Below, one piece after another: positions 38,834 through 47,984 of a stretch of DNA of 64,000 bases. A model generated the notes under the pieces. The model saw only the letters and a program-made list of their open reading frames with translations, ran no database searches and was not told the DNA's origin. How positions within the stretch are numbered: position 1 is the stretch's first letter; each line of letters opens with the position of its first letter. The stretch lies in the IMG/VR virus record IMGVR_UViG_3300042291_000228, positions 38,329 through 102,328 of that record, one strand, 5' to 3'. A program made the position numbers and the translations under genes. The stretch comes from a virus.

Positions 38834-38849
38834 CTAATTGCCGGCTTTT
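38821..38849. terminator. Intrinsic terminator (bidirectional-looking)
   Basis: aaaagccgg-tcaactaattg-ccggctttt. Confidence 0.75.
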
Positions 38850-38867
38850 AGATACTTATTGGAAGTA

Positions 38868-39806
38868 TTATCTACGTTGCTCGCTGAGCACATCGTACAT
38901 TTCAAATGCACCGCCCATACGCTCATAGACCATGCCAGCATAAACATCAGCCTTCATGCCTTCGCCAATCTTGGTTTTAGCAACACGTTGTGCCCAAGCC
39001 CACAATTGATTGTCTACGGGATCGATCTGTTGCTGGCCACCACTTTCAACAACCAGTGCCATCATTTCTTTAAATGATAGATTAGATTCAACTGATTCTT
39101 TAACTGTTTTCTTTTTTCCAAAGAATTTTTCTTGAGCAGCACTCATTCCCTTCTTGCCGTCTTTCTTGTCACCACCTTTGTCGCCAGCGGCTTTTTTCAT
39201 TGGCTCTTTCTTGTCACCGTCTTTGTCAAGATCTAAAAAGTCTGGCTTGGCACCTTCGTCCATGATCTTGGCCATTTTCTTTTTCTTATCTTCTTTTTTC
39301 TTCTTAGCGTCGGCAGCACTTTCTTCTTTCTTGGCTTCTACCATCTTCATGAACTTGCTTTTGAATTGTGGCTCAATGCTTTCTACTTTCTTGCCATCTT
39401 TAACACGAGTCACGGAACCCTTGCCGTGTGCTTTTTCATAGTCCTTGCTGTCTTTGGCATCGGCTTTGTCAGCTGCTTTGTCTTTTTCTTTGTCCGCAGC
39501 TGATTGTGATTTGGCCTTGCTAGCAGGTTCTGAATGTGGTTCATCACTGAAGCGATTGGGATTTTGTGTGTGTTTGGTTACGCCTTTCTTTGAACGATCA
39601 ATAGTTCCGCCAGTAGACGATTTTTCTTCTTTAACTTCTTCGTCTTTCTTTTTCTTGGCTTCTGCAACATAAGTTGTTTGTCCAGCTAGAACACGAAGTT
39701 GTGCATCTTCGTTGAGTTGCACAGCTTTGTCTAACACAGGGGCTGCAGGAGTTGTCGGAGGTGCTTCCATTCCGTCAAGTTTGCTTAGTATTGCTTTAAA
39801 GTCCAT
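38868..39806 (-). CDS. K/E-rich head-internal/scaffold-like protein
   Basis: Low complexity; repeated hydrophobic-x-E sites (LNE, MVE, MDE, VKE, VVE); LRVLAG; DxDxDG motif KPDFLDLDKDGD. Confidence 0.55.
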   Translation of the reverse strand: MDFKAILSKLDGMEAPPTTPAAPVLDKAVQLNEDAQLRVLAGQTTYVAEAKKKKDEEVKEEKSSTGGTIDRSKKGVTKHTQNPNRFSDEPHSEPASKAKSQSAADKEKDKAADKADAKDSKDYEKAHGKGSVTRVKDGKKVESIEPQFKSKFMKMVEAKKEESAADAKKKKEDKKKKMAKIMDEGAKPDFLDLDKDGDKKEPMKKAAGDKGGDKKDGKKGMSAAQEKFFGKKKTVKESVESNLSFKEMMALVVESGGQQQIDPVDNQLWAWAQRVAKTKIGEGMKADVYAGMVYERMGGAFEMYDVLSEQRR

Positions 39807-39807
39807 T

Positions 39808-40119
39808 TTAGTTTCCTTGATTTTTTCTGTTCAGCCACTGATCTTTGAGGCTTTGTTTAACTTCGTTTTGTAGAGATTCTTCAAAATCTCTAGGTCCCGA
39901 TTCGATTTGACTAGCTGCCATTTTTTCATATTCCATATAATGATATACAGAACTGATATAATCAGCAGCTTTGGTAATTTTTGATTGAACCCAGCCATCT
40001 AATTCATCGTTTTCTCCGATCAGTTTAAACAATTTGGCAGAATACTGATTGAGCTTATAAAGCTCAGCTCTGGCCATTTTGGCTTCGTGATCGTCGACTG
40101 GTTGTTTTTCTAGGTCCAT
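39808..40119 (-). CDS. Hypothetical (probable head-associated) protein
   Basis: DHEAKMAR...LDGWVQSKITKAADYISSVYHY; late promoter upstream. Confidence 0.65.
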   Translation of the reverse strand: MDLEKQPVDDHEAKMARAELYKLNQYSAKLFKLIGENDELDGWVQSKITKAADYISSVYHYMEYEKMAASQIESGPRDFEESLQNEVKQSLKDQWLNRKNQGN

Positions 40120-40127
40120 AAGTATAT

Positions 40128-40310
40128 TTATCTTCTTATAATAGATTCGTCGGAAGTCTTAGACTTCTTTTTAGTGGTTTTATTCTGTTTAAAACTGCCG
40201 CCAAATAGTGTACCTACATTAGAGCCAGTACCCCCTTTGATCAAAGTAGCCCCCATACCGGCACTTGTAGCACCTGCTGTAGCTGTTTCTAAAAGTTCTT
40301 TGATTTTCAT
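40128..40310 (-). CDS. Small protein with CTS-like N-terminus
   Basis: MKIKELLE-TATAGATSAG. Confidence 0.6.
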   Translation of the reverse strand: MKIKELLETATAGATSAGMGATLIKGGTGSNVGTLFGGSFKQNKTTKKKSKTSDESIIRR

Positions 40311-40314
40311 ACAC

Positions 40315-40650
40315 TTATTTATTTTTTTTAGCACGGCCTGCTTTCATATTAGCTAGCCAGTGTGCTAGTTGTCCTTTGCGCCCGCCCTGTTTAGCAGTTT
40401 TACGTAAACTGCTTACACTAGCTTTAGTGTTAATGCCGTGACGTTTACTGTCGCCTTTGTCCTGCGGATTACGTCCATCAGCAAAGTTTTCGTGCTCAAT
40501 GCTTTCTCCGCCGCCGCCATCTCCAGACCCACTGTCTCCACTGTAGCCAGCATAGTATCCGTAGCCGCCGTAAGGGCCTGGTCCGTAAGCAGCCCAGCGA
40601 GGTTTACGCTTACGTTTCTTTCTTTCAACTATAAATTCTACAGCTCTCAT
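40315..40650 (-). CDS. Small basic/Gly-rich protein with CTS-like N-terminus
   Basis: [16 protein letters not shown]...; second module after IEHE-NFADG. Confidence 0.65.
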   Translation of the reverse strand: MRAVEFIVERKKRKRKPRWAAYGPGPYGGYGYYAGYSGDSGSGDGGGGESIEHENFADGRNPQDKGDSKRHGINTKASVSSLRKTAKQGGRKGQLAHWLANMKAGRAKKNK

Positions 40651-41006
40651 TCGTGAAATTGATAATCGTCTTGGTAATTATCTGACACACTAAAACTACT
40701 ACCGCAACCGCAGGTTGTTTCGGCATTGGGATTTTTTATTACAAACTGACTGCCTGATAGGTCTTCTTTATAATCTATACTAGCACCTTGTAAATATTGC
40801 ATACTCATAGCATCGACTAATACTATGAAGTTGCCTACAGGAATTTCAAAATCGTCTTCATTATGTTCTTCGTCAAGAGTAAATCCGTAGCTCATCCCAC
40901 TACACCCGCCACCTTGAACAAACGTACGAAGTTTGAGATTTGGGTTGTTTTCTTCGCTAAGAAGATCTGTAATTTTAAATTGAGCACTTTCTGTAATTGT
41001 AATCAT
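40647..41006 (-). CDS. erpA: A-type Fe-S cluster carrier (ErpA/IscA/HesB family)
   Basis: [45 protein letters not shown]. Confidence 0.9.
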   Translation of the reverse strand: MITITESAQFKITDLLSEENNPNLKLRTFVQGGGCSGMSYGFTLDEEHNEDDFEIPVGNFIVLVDAMSMQYLQGASIDYKEDLSGSQFVIKNPNAETTCGCGSSFSVSDNYQDDYQFHE

Positions 41007-41203
41007 AATGATTTTTCTCCTGTTAGGTACGGTAAACTAAACCATAATTGAAACCATTCTGGCGTGCCTGGTTTAATATTATGTTTTTTCATCAGCTCAC
41101 CTTTTTCATTGCCTGTAATACTTATATTGCTGCCGTCGTAGAGTTGATAGCCTTTGAATTCATTAATGCCTGCTAATCTTTTAATCTGTTCCAGCTCGTC
41201 CAT
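41003..41203 (-). CDS. Hypothetical protein
   Basis: [15 protein letters not shown]...[14 protein letters not shown]. Confidence 0.65.
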   Translation of the reverse strand: MDELEQIKRLAGINEFKGYQLYDGSNISITGNEKGELMKKHNIKPGTPEWFQLWFSLPYLTGEKSL

Positions 41204-41204
41204 A

Positions 41205-42518
41205 TTACATTCCACCGCCCACAAGGTCTCCTGGTCTAACTGGTTTGTTTTTCTTAGCCCCATCATTTCGCCACTGACCTTCTGGTCCTTCCTTGTGTCC
41301 AACCTTAGCGCCAGCAAATGGCATTTTAGTTCCTTCACCAACTTTAGTATCCATTTGTTTTAATAATTGTTGTGCTTTTTCAACACTGACCATGGGTCTC
41401 GGATGTTTGCCGTCTACTACAGACTGTAGATACTCTTTACTAAATCCTTTTGGTGCTTCTGCTTTTGCAGGAGCGTTGTCAGTTGCTTGTTGTGTGGCAA
41501 TAGGTTTACCTGTTAGGCGATTGATATTAGAATCTTGATCTCCAGTAACTCTAGCCTGTGCTCCACCTGCCCCTAATGCCATTGCCCCGGCAAGACCTAG
41601 ACCTGCAAGTTTAGAACCAAATCCTTCCTCTACGCCTTCGTTATTTTGTGTATCAGCCTGTGCTTGTTTAAAAACTTCTTGAGCTGAAAGGCCTGTTTGA
41701 TAACCACTTTCCATTCCGTATGCGTAACCGTAATCGTAGCCTTTTGCTACCCACGGATCGTATTCAGGATCGTCGCCGCCGATCATTATAGTAGTATCTT
41801 TATCAAATCTGCCGTCTTCTAATTCTTTCATCCACTCTGGTAACTGTCCTAATTTAAATGGTCCTTTAAATCCTAGTTTTTTTAATGCTGTTACAAGATT
41901 AGGCCTAATTGAATCTTCTACCACATCACCTTCCGCCACACCTTGGCTTTTTTGTGCTTTTTCTGTTGCAGAAATAGTGCGCCATAGATTATTCATTGGC
42001 CCTTCCATACTACGAGCTTCGCGTTCGCGATCTGTTAAATTCTGTTCACGATCAGCATACTGCCAATTGCTTCCACCTAGTGACTTATACTCTGCCTTCA
42101 TGCGTTCATACTCTGCCTTCAATTCTGGCAGCTTGGCAATGTTATCTGCCATCTGTTTGTCAGCAGTGGTCTTACGTGCAACTTCGTCGCGAGCCTTCAA
42201 TCGATTTAAACCTCGTTCTCTTTTATTGAAAGTGGCAAGGTTTTGCTTTTGTTTCTCAGGGTCGTTGTTAAACATTGCACCCATTTGACTCTGCGCTTTT
42301 TGCATTGCAGCTTTCTTACGATAGTCGCCTAGACTAACTTCATGTAGTGCAGATTCCATAGTGGCAATTTCTTTTTTGTGTTTAACGTCGCCTTGCTTCT
42401 CGGCCTTCTTCTTGTCTTTGTGTTGTCCAGCTTTGCCAGCCAGCGAAGCATTTTTAGCCACAAAGTTTCTAGGCTTTGATTCTTTTTTAAGTTCTATGAT
42501 AAATTCTTTTGCTTTCAT
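41205..42518 (-). CDS. Modular head-internal polyprotein-like protein
   Basis: MKAKEFIIE N-terminus; unrelated blocks separated by LHE, QGVAEG/VVE, EGVEEG, VGEG. Confidence 0.6.
   Translation of the reverse strand: MKAKEFIIELKKESKPRNFVAKNASLAGKAGQHKDKKKAEKQGDVKHKKEIATMESALHEVSLGDYRKKAAMQKAQSQMGAMFNNDPEKQKQNLATFNKRERGLNRLKARDEVARKTTADKQMADNIAKLPELKAEYERMKAEYKSLGGSNWQYADREQNLTDREREARSMEGPMNNLWRTISATEKAQKSQGVAEGDVVEDSIRPNLVTALKKLGFKGPFKLGQLPEWMKELEDGRFDKDTTIMIGGDDPEYDPWVAKGYDYGYAYGMESGYQTGLSAQEVFKQAQADTQNNEGVEEGFGSKLAGLGLAGAMALGAGGAQARVTGDQDSNINRLTGKPIATQQATDNAPAKAEAPKGFSKEYLQSVVDGKHPRPMVSVEKAQQLLKQMDTKVGEGTKMPFAGAKVGHKEGPEGQWRNDGAKKNKPVRPGDLVGGGM
41929..41945 (-). repeat. Dispersed 17-nt repeat CAAGGTGTGGCGGAAGG (QGVAEG)
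   Basis: Other copies: 42836-42852 CAAGGTGTGTCGGAAGC (15/17) and 41623-41639 GAAGGCGTAGAGGAAGG (13/17). Confidence 0.7.
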
Positions 42519-42528
42519 ACTTGATCCT

Positions 42529-43446
42529 TTAGTCCAGCCCATACCCATCACGGATAGCCATTAACACTTCGCTTACACTGGCTGCTGTTGTTGGCAATGT
42601 GTCTTGTTCACCGATATCTGGGCGATCGCCTTCCCATGTGCCTAGTGCATAGGTAAACATACCGTCGCCCTCATTGTCAATCATAACCATGTAATATTGA
42701 CTTTCGTCTTCCGCCCCTTTGGTACTGAACATAAAAGCATCGTCACCTTTACGCTGTGCCTTCCATCCCATTGCTCTCATTGCACTAGCAATCTTGTTAG
42801 CAACTTCTGGCCACGGTAATACATTGCCTAACGATGCTTCCGACACACCTTGTTCAAGCCACGGCTCAAGTCCTTGACGAACAGCAGAAAATACTTCATC
42901 AGCATCGCCTTGTAGTCCTGCTGGCAACCCTGTTTTAAACAATTCGAAGTCATTCACAATAGCAGCAGCTCGCATCTTGCTTGCGCTCATGCCTTCTGCA
43001 CCTTCTGCATCGGGATCTCTAGCACCACTGGATACAATCTTGATTGATTTGAGATTGTAATCAACACCGTTTTGTTTATTGAACAATTCTGTAAATGCCG
43101 GCACACGATCTGAGCCGCAGACAAAAACAACATTTTCAAAGCCCTGTTTTTCTAAATTCTGAAGAATTCCAATTGCAGTACCCACTGATGTATCTCCAAT
43201 GTCAATATTGGGAAATGCCTGCTGTATAAATCCCAGTTTGATATCAAAGGGCAATGGGTTTTCCAATCTTGTTTTATTCTTGCCAGTTGGTTTATGAGTT
43301 TGAGATACAAATAGAAAATGAGCATCGGCCTTTTGTTTCAAGATAGCATCAACTACTTTTTGATGCCCAATCGTGGGAGGGTTCATCCTTCCAAATGCAA
43401 CGGCCGCTGTCTTCCCCGATTGCTCAAAAAGTTCTAGAAGTCTCAT
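42529..43446 (-). CDS. HIGH-motif cytidylyltransferase-like nucleotidyltransferase with CTS-like N-terminus and appended C-terminal module
   Basis: FGRMNPPTIGH, NPL, GSDRV, GARDPDAEG..GMSASKMR; MRLLELFE start; QGVSEA then about 100 unrelated aa. Confidence 0.8.
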   Translation of the reverse strand: MRLLELFEQSGKTAAVAFGRMNPPTIGHQKVVDAILKQKADAHFLFVSQTHKPTGKNKTRLENPLPFDIKLGFIQQAFPNIDIGDTSVGTAIGILQNLEKQGFENVVFVCGSDRVPAFTELFNKQNGVDYNLKSIKIVSSGARDPDAEGAEGMSASKMRAAAIVNDFELFKTGLPAGLQGDADEVFSAVRQGLEPWLEQGVSEASLGNVLPWPEVANKIASAMRAMGWKAQRKGDDAFMFSTKGAEDESQYYMVMIDNEGDGMFTYALGTWEGDRPDIGEQDTLPTTAASVSEVLMAIRDGYGLD

Positions 43447-43781
43447 TGTTCGTAGTCGCCTTTTTCCATATGCTTTTCTTGTTCGGTGGCTATCATCTTG
43501 GCCAACTCTATTAGTTTTTCTTTAGGGAATTTGTCTTCGGCGCTTTCAATTTCAAACTTTTCACAGTATGCTTCTTTACAAGATTCTAAAGGACGCATAT
43601 AAATTTTATACGCATCTGGATGGCCTCGATGTTCTTTATGACGATTTATAGCAGGGAAAAAGTAATTTTTTAACACAGCATCGTCATTATCGATAAAGAA
43701 TTTTAAGTCGTTGGTCCAGTCTACGTCTTCTTGTTCTGAAGTAGGTGCTCCTATTGCACTAAACATTTCTCTTAATAACAT
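43443..43781 (-). CDS. Hypothetical protein
   Basis: MLLREMFS; TAATG coupling. Confidence 0.65.
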   Translation of the reverse strand: MLLREMFSAIGAPTSEQEDVDWTNDLKFFIDNDDAVLKNYFFPAINRHKEHRGHPDAYKIYMRPLESCKEAYCEKFEIESAEDKFPKEKLIELAKMIATEQEKHMEKGDYEQ

Positions 43782-44521
43782 TACCAGCTCCTGCAAGACC
43801 AATATCTAGCCTTGTGTCTAGGTCCCGGATTGGCACAATTATGTCTAGCACGGAAACTTTTTCTACGTGCTGGATTTGATTTCTTAATACGCATTTTTTT
43901 ATCGCCGAAGTTTACTTTGACAACATTGCCCTGCGGATTTTTAACATATACTTTAGATTTCTTTACATCACCGGCCATCTTCTTGCCCAGCTGAACTTCT
44001 CGACCTTGATACTTGGCTTCGTCTACATCAGCATCTTCTTTGTATGCTTTGCTGTATTTGTCTTTAAGTGCGCCAAGTTCTTTTTGGCTAGCACCATCGC
44101 GAGCTGCGGCTGCGGCTTTGGTCATGTATTCTTTACCGTGTTTCTTAACTCCGGTATAGTATTGAAGACCACTTTCTTCTACATCGTCTTCTTTGATCTT
44201 TTCGCAGTCGTTGACACGCTTGCCTGCGTTCTTGCCAGTACCGGGTTGTGTGCCAGTCTTTCTATAACCTTTCCAGCAGCTCTTAGGCCCAGCAACACCT
44301 TCTACAAGTTCACCTTCAAAAAATCGTACGCCTTCGTTGGTCAGCATTTCTAGGGCAGTGTCATCTAGTTCAACAACAATACCGTCTTCTAAAACTTCTA
44401 CTACGTGGGTAGAAATTTCAAAATCAGGACTAAAACTGATACCGAACTCATCTCCAATTTCTGGTGTATTAGATTCTTCTAAATTTTCTAGTATAGATAA
44501 TTTGTCTAAAAGGTCTCTCAT
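43781..44521 (-). CDS. Modular virion-associated protein
   Basis: Blocks CWKGY...NDC and EAKYQG...RRKSFRARHNC...ARYWSC separated by LVE/VEE/VDE; late promoter upstream. Confidence 0.65.
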   Translation of the reverse strand: MRDLLDKLSILENLEESNTPEIGDEFGISFSPDFEISTHVVEVLEDGIVVELDDTALEMLTNEGVRFFEGELVEGVAGPKSCWKGYRKTGTQPGTGKNAGKRVNDCEKIKEDDVEESGLQYYTGVKKHGKEYMTKAAAAARDGASQKELGALKDKYSKAYKEDADVDEAKYQGREVQLGKKMAGDVKKSKVYVKNPQGNVVKVNFGDKKMRIKKSNPARRKSFRARHNCANPGPRHKARYWSCRSW

Positions 44522-44563
44522 AGTATTCCTCGAGGTAATACTATATTTATCGCTTTGGAAATT

Positions 44564-44941
44564 TTAGTAATTATAACGAACTTGCGTTATCGTGCCTTCG
44601 ATCAGTCTATAACCTAGACGAATCCAAACAAAATTACCGGTGAAGTTGCGTATTTCATTGGTTGCAAGTGGGGTACTGTCTAGTGATTCTAGATTTTCTG
44701 CTGAATTGTCGTAGAGAACGTCTACCCAATCACTGTCTCCGGGATAAAGTTCTAGAGAACCCTGTAGTTTAACTGATCCTTTGAAGTTGTTAAATTCAAA
44801 CATCACTGTATGCAGTCCACCATTCTTTCGATGATAGCCTGCTCCTTTGAATTTATCAGTGAATACATAGGAAATTCCCGAAGTACCATCCCAGGTTTCG
44901 GTGCTAGTTGACGATAATAAAATAATGCTTTCAGTGGCCAT
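44564..44941 (-). CDS. Hypothetical beta-rich (probable structural) protein
   Basis: GAGY...GLHTV...NFTGNFVWIR. Confidence 0.6.
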   Translation of the reverse strand: MATESIILLSSTSTETWDGTSGISYVFTDKFKGAGYHRKNGGLHTVMFEFNNFKGSVKLQGSLELYPGDSDWVDVLYDNSAENLESLDSTPLATNEIRNFTGNFVWIRLGYRLIEGTITQVRYNY

Positions 44942-45640
44942 CTAGTATTTATCGACTACTATGTATTCATAGACCTTGCCCAACACCTGTGAATCACGCA
45001 TTTTCAACATCAACAAGGTGTTTGCATCTTCAACATACATATATCTTCGGTCCCAATACCAGTCTGTATTTTGAAACCAATATTTTACAGACTCTGAGAT
45101 TAAAATTCTATTCTGTTGGGTACCTAACCAAGCAAGATAGTTGTTTTTTGAATCTCTATTACCTTTCAATTTATGCGGTAATAGATAAATTTTGTATCTG
45201 TACTTGTTATGAGGTAATTTTTTTGTTAGAATAAAATCAGTATTTTCCAGCAGTTCTAAATTATTTCCTGTGGGTGCGTATCTATTTACGATAATAGATT
45301 CAAACTTTGATGATATTGTATCAAATATATCTGCATCGTTTGCATACAAATCAATAGTATTAGATTCAATGCGTTTGGCAAAGTCTTGCTGATTTAAACT
45401 TGATAAAAATGTAGTAAGCTCTAAAAAAGATATTTTATTTTTTAGAGCTTTGTGATGCGAAGAAAACACACTTTTAGTGTATGTTGCCGGACTTGTAAGA
45501 AAATTAATGGTTTCATTGTACCCGAGTAGTCTATACAAAGACACACCCGGGCAAAACAGTGTAATTTTATACAACCACTTGTTGTAAAATTTTCTTTTGG
45601 TAAGTTTAGGTTTCAGCATTTGATGTGTCAGCCGGTGCAA
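44942..45640 (-). CDS. Hypothetical protein
   Basis: Start uncertain (probably MLKPK at about 45619); duplicated K(W/Y)xYKI pattern. Confidence 0.6.
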   Translation of the reverse strand: MHRLTHQMLKPKLTKRKFYNKWLYKITLFCPGVSLYRLLGYNETINFLTSPATYTKSVFSSHHKALKNKISFLELTTFLSSLNQQDFAKRIESNTIDLYANDADIFDTISSKFESIIVNRYAPTGNNLELLENTDFILTKKLPHNKYRYKIYLLPHKLKGNRDSKNNYLAWLGTQQNRILISESVKYWFQNTDWYWDRRYMYVEDANTLLMLKMRDSQVLGKVYEYIVVDKY

Positions 45641-47927
45641 TTAAAGCATTTTTCATTGCTCTCTTTTCAGCTTTAGTCAACGGTTTTGGAATTTCCTCAA
45701 CTACAAAATTCAAATCATCATCGACTACGTTGATCTTGACCAATCCACCCTCTTTCAAATCACCAAACAACACTCTACGACTCAATGGTGATTTGATCTT
45801 GTTGTCAATTAATCTTGCTAGAGGTCTAGCACCCATCTTTTTATCATAGCCCTTAACTGCCAACCACTTGGTTGTTTCTGCATTTATACTAATTTCAATA
45901 CCCTTGTCTTTTAACTGATTGTTTAGTTCTCCGACAAACTTCTTTACAATCTGTACAACAACTTCTTGACTGAGCTTGGTAAATTTAATCACAGCATCTA
46001 ATCGATTACGGAACTCAGGAGCAAAGAATTTTTTAATTGCCTTGTCATCTTCTCCGTCTTTTGATAAATCTCCAAATCCGATAGTATTGTTTTCATTGTC
46101 TCTAGCCCCAAGATTACTGGTCATAACAAGTATACAGTTACGTCCATCTGCTTGTTTGCCATTTGATCCTGTAACAAATCCATTGTCCATAAACTGCAAT
46201 AGAATATTGCTGACATCTGGATGTGCTTTTTCAATCTCGTCTAGCAATAGCACACAATTTGGTGTTTCCTGTAACTTGGTTATGAGTTGTCCGGCATTAT
46301 CTTCATAACCGACATATCCTGGAGGAGCACCGATTAATCTAGCCACTGAATGCTTTTCTTGATATTCACTCATATCAAATCTTACCAAGGGCATTGACAT
46401 TTTTTCACTGAGCTGTCTAGCAGTTTCAGTTTTGCCGCAGCCAGTTGGTCCAAGAAACAAGAAACTACCAATAGGTTTATTAGGAGTCTTCATTCCTGCC
46501 TGCGCCACAAATATCTTATCCAATAGATTATCTACAGCTTCGTCTTGACCAAACACAGCAGATTTCATACCGTTTTCTAGATCTGCAAGATTTTTGCTTT
46601 CTTTCTGTGCCACATTCTCCAACGGCATATTAATCATTTTGCTTAGTTCATAGGTAACCTGTTCTACATCAACAATTTGATCCATGCCTTCTTCGATAAC
46701 AGTGTCTTTGATTTTATATCTTGCGGCAGCACAGTCTAAAATGTCAATGGCCTTGTCCGGCAACTTTTTATCATTCATGTATTTCATTGACAGTTTTACA
46801 GCTTGATCAATAGCAGCATCTGTAATTTTTACATTGTGATGTTGCTCATAGTACTTACGAATACCTTTGATAATTTTAACGCTCAGTTCTGGAGTAGGCT
46901 CGTCAACTGTGACACGTTGGAATCGACGCATCAATGCACGATCCTTTTCAAAGTGCTTGCGATATTCTTCCCATGTAGTTGATGCAATTAATTTAATAAC
47001 ACCTTTTGTCAACATAGGCTTAAGCATATTGGCCATATCGTTGCTAGACTGATTAGATGCACCGGCACCTTGCATCATGTGAGCTTCATCGATAAACAAG
47101 ATAATCTTGCCTTTCTTTTCCAATGCAGTTAATACTGCCTTGATACGTTCTTCAAAGTCACCACGATACTTTGAACCAGCAAGTAATGCCGAGATATCAA
47201 GAGTGTAAACACTGTGGTCTTGAATAAACTTGGGAACTTTCTTTTCAAAGATCTTGCGGGCTAGTCCTTCGGCAATAGCAGTCTTGCCAACACCAGGATC
47301 GCCTACCATTAGCACATTACATTTACTGCGGCGAGCCAGTATCAATTGTATTTTTTCTAATTCTTCATCTCTTCCAATAACTGGATCTATCTTGCGTTGT
47401 TTGGCATGCAAACTTAAATTTGTACAGAATTGATTTAATATTTTTTCTACTTGATTTACATTCACTACTTGATGCTCGCTTTCTTCTTCTTCTTGAATTA
47501 TGTTTTCGTGAATATATTTCACAAACTTTTCTTTGTGTATTCCGCCTTTATTAAAGAAATAAAAGGCAAAACTATTTTTTTCACTTAGTATACTTGCAAT
47601 AACATCAAATATTTCTATCTTTTGTCGGCCACTGAACAAGACCTGACTGAAACAACGATTGAGAACTCTTTCTACAGAATGAGTTTTTTTTGGTTTTTCA
47701 ACGGCTGTATTTTTAATATCTTCAAGATTATTTTTGAGATAATGCTCTAGATTGGTTTTAATAAAATTAGCATCGGCACCGTATTGCTCTATGAGTTTGA
47801 ATGTTGGTTCATCACTCATCATACCAAATGCTAGATGTTCAATAGTGATATATTCGTGTGTTAGCTGTTTGGCAACTCCTACAGAAAATTCAAAGATATT
47901 TTGTAGACTTTGACTGGGTTCGATCAT
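45606..47927 (-). CDS. clpA: ATP-dependent Clp protease ATP-binding subunit ClpA
   Basis: Clp N-domain HEYITIEHL; GDPGVGKT, GSKYRGDFEER, IDEAH; GPTGCGKT, RFDMSEY, RLIGAPPGYVG, IGF loop, PEFRNRLD. Confidence 0.95.
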   Translation of the reverse strand: MIEPSQSLQNIFEFSVGVAKQLTHEYITIEHLAFGMMSDEPTFKLIEQYGADANFIKTNLEHYLKNNLEDIKNTAVEKPKKTHSVERVLNRCFSQVLFSGRQKIEIFDVIASILSEKNSFAFYFFNKGGIHKEKFVKYIHENIIQEEEESEHQVVNVNQVEKILNQFCTNLSLHAKQRKIDPVIGRDEELEKIQLILARRSKCNVLMVGDPGVGKTAIAEGLARKIFEKKVPKFIQDHSVYTLDISALLAGSKYRGDFEERIKAVLTALEKKGKIILFIDEAHMMQGAGASNQSSNDMANMLKPMLTKGVIKLIASTTWEEYRKHFEKDRALMRRFQRVTVDEPTPELSVKIIKGIRKYYEQHHNVKITDAAIDQAVKLSMKYMNDKKLPDKAIDILDCAAARYKIKDTVIEEGMDQIVDVEQVTYELSKMINMPLENVAQKESKNLADLENGMKSAVFGQDEAVDNLLDKIFVAQAGMKTPNKPIGSFLFLGPTGCGKTETARQLSEKMSMPLVRFDMSEYQEKHSVARLIGAPPGYVGYEDNAGQLITKLQETPNCVLLLDEIEKAHPDVSNILLQFMDNGFVTGSNGKQADGRNCILVMTSNLGARDNENNTIGFGDLSKDGEDDKAIKKFFAPEFRNRLDAVIKFTKLSQEVVVQIVKKFVGELNNQLKDKGIEISINAETTKWLAVKGYDKKMGARPLARLIDNKIKSPLSRRVLFGDLKEGGLVKINVVDDDLNFVVEEIPKPLTKAEKRAMKNALIAPADTSNAET

Positions 47928-47955
47928 TAGTATTATTTCCTTAATTCAACAACTT

Positions 47956-47984
47956 ATTTTAACAAATTATAAATCTATTGTCAA
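47956..47984 (-). promoter_or_regulatory. sigma70-like promoter TTGACA-17-TAAAAT upstream of clpA
   Basis: Read on the - strand. Confidence 0.65.
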
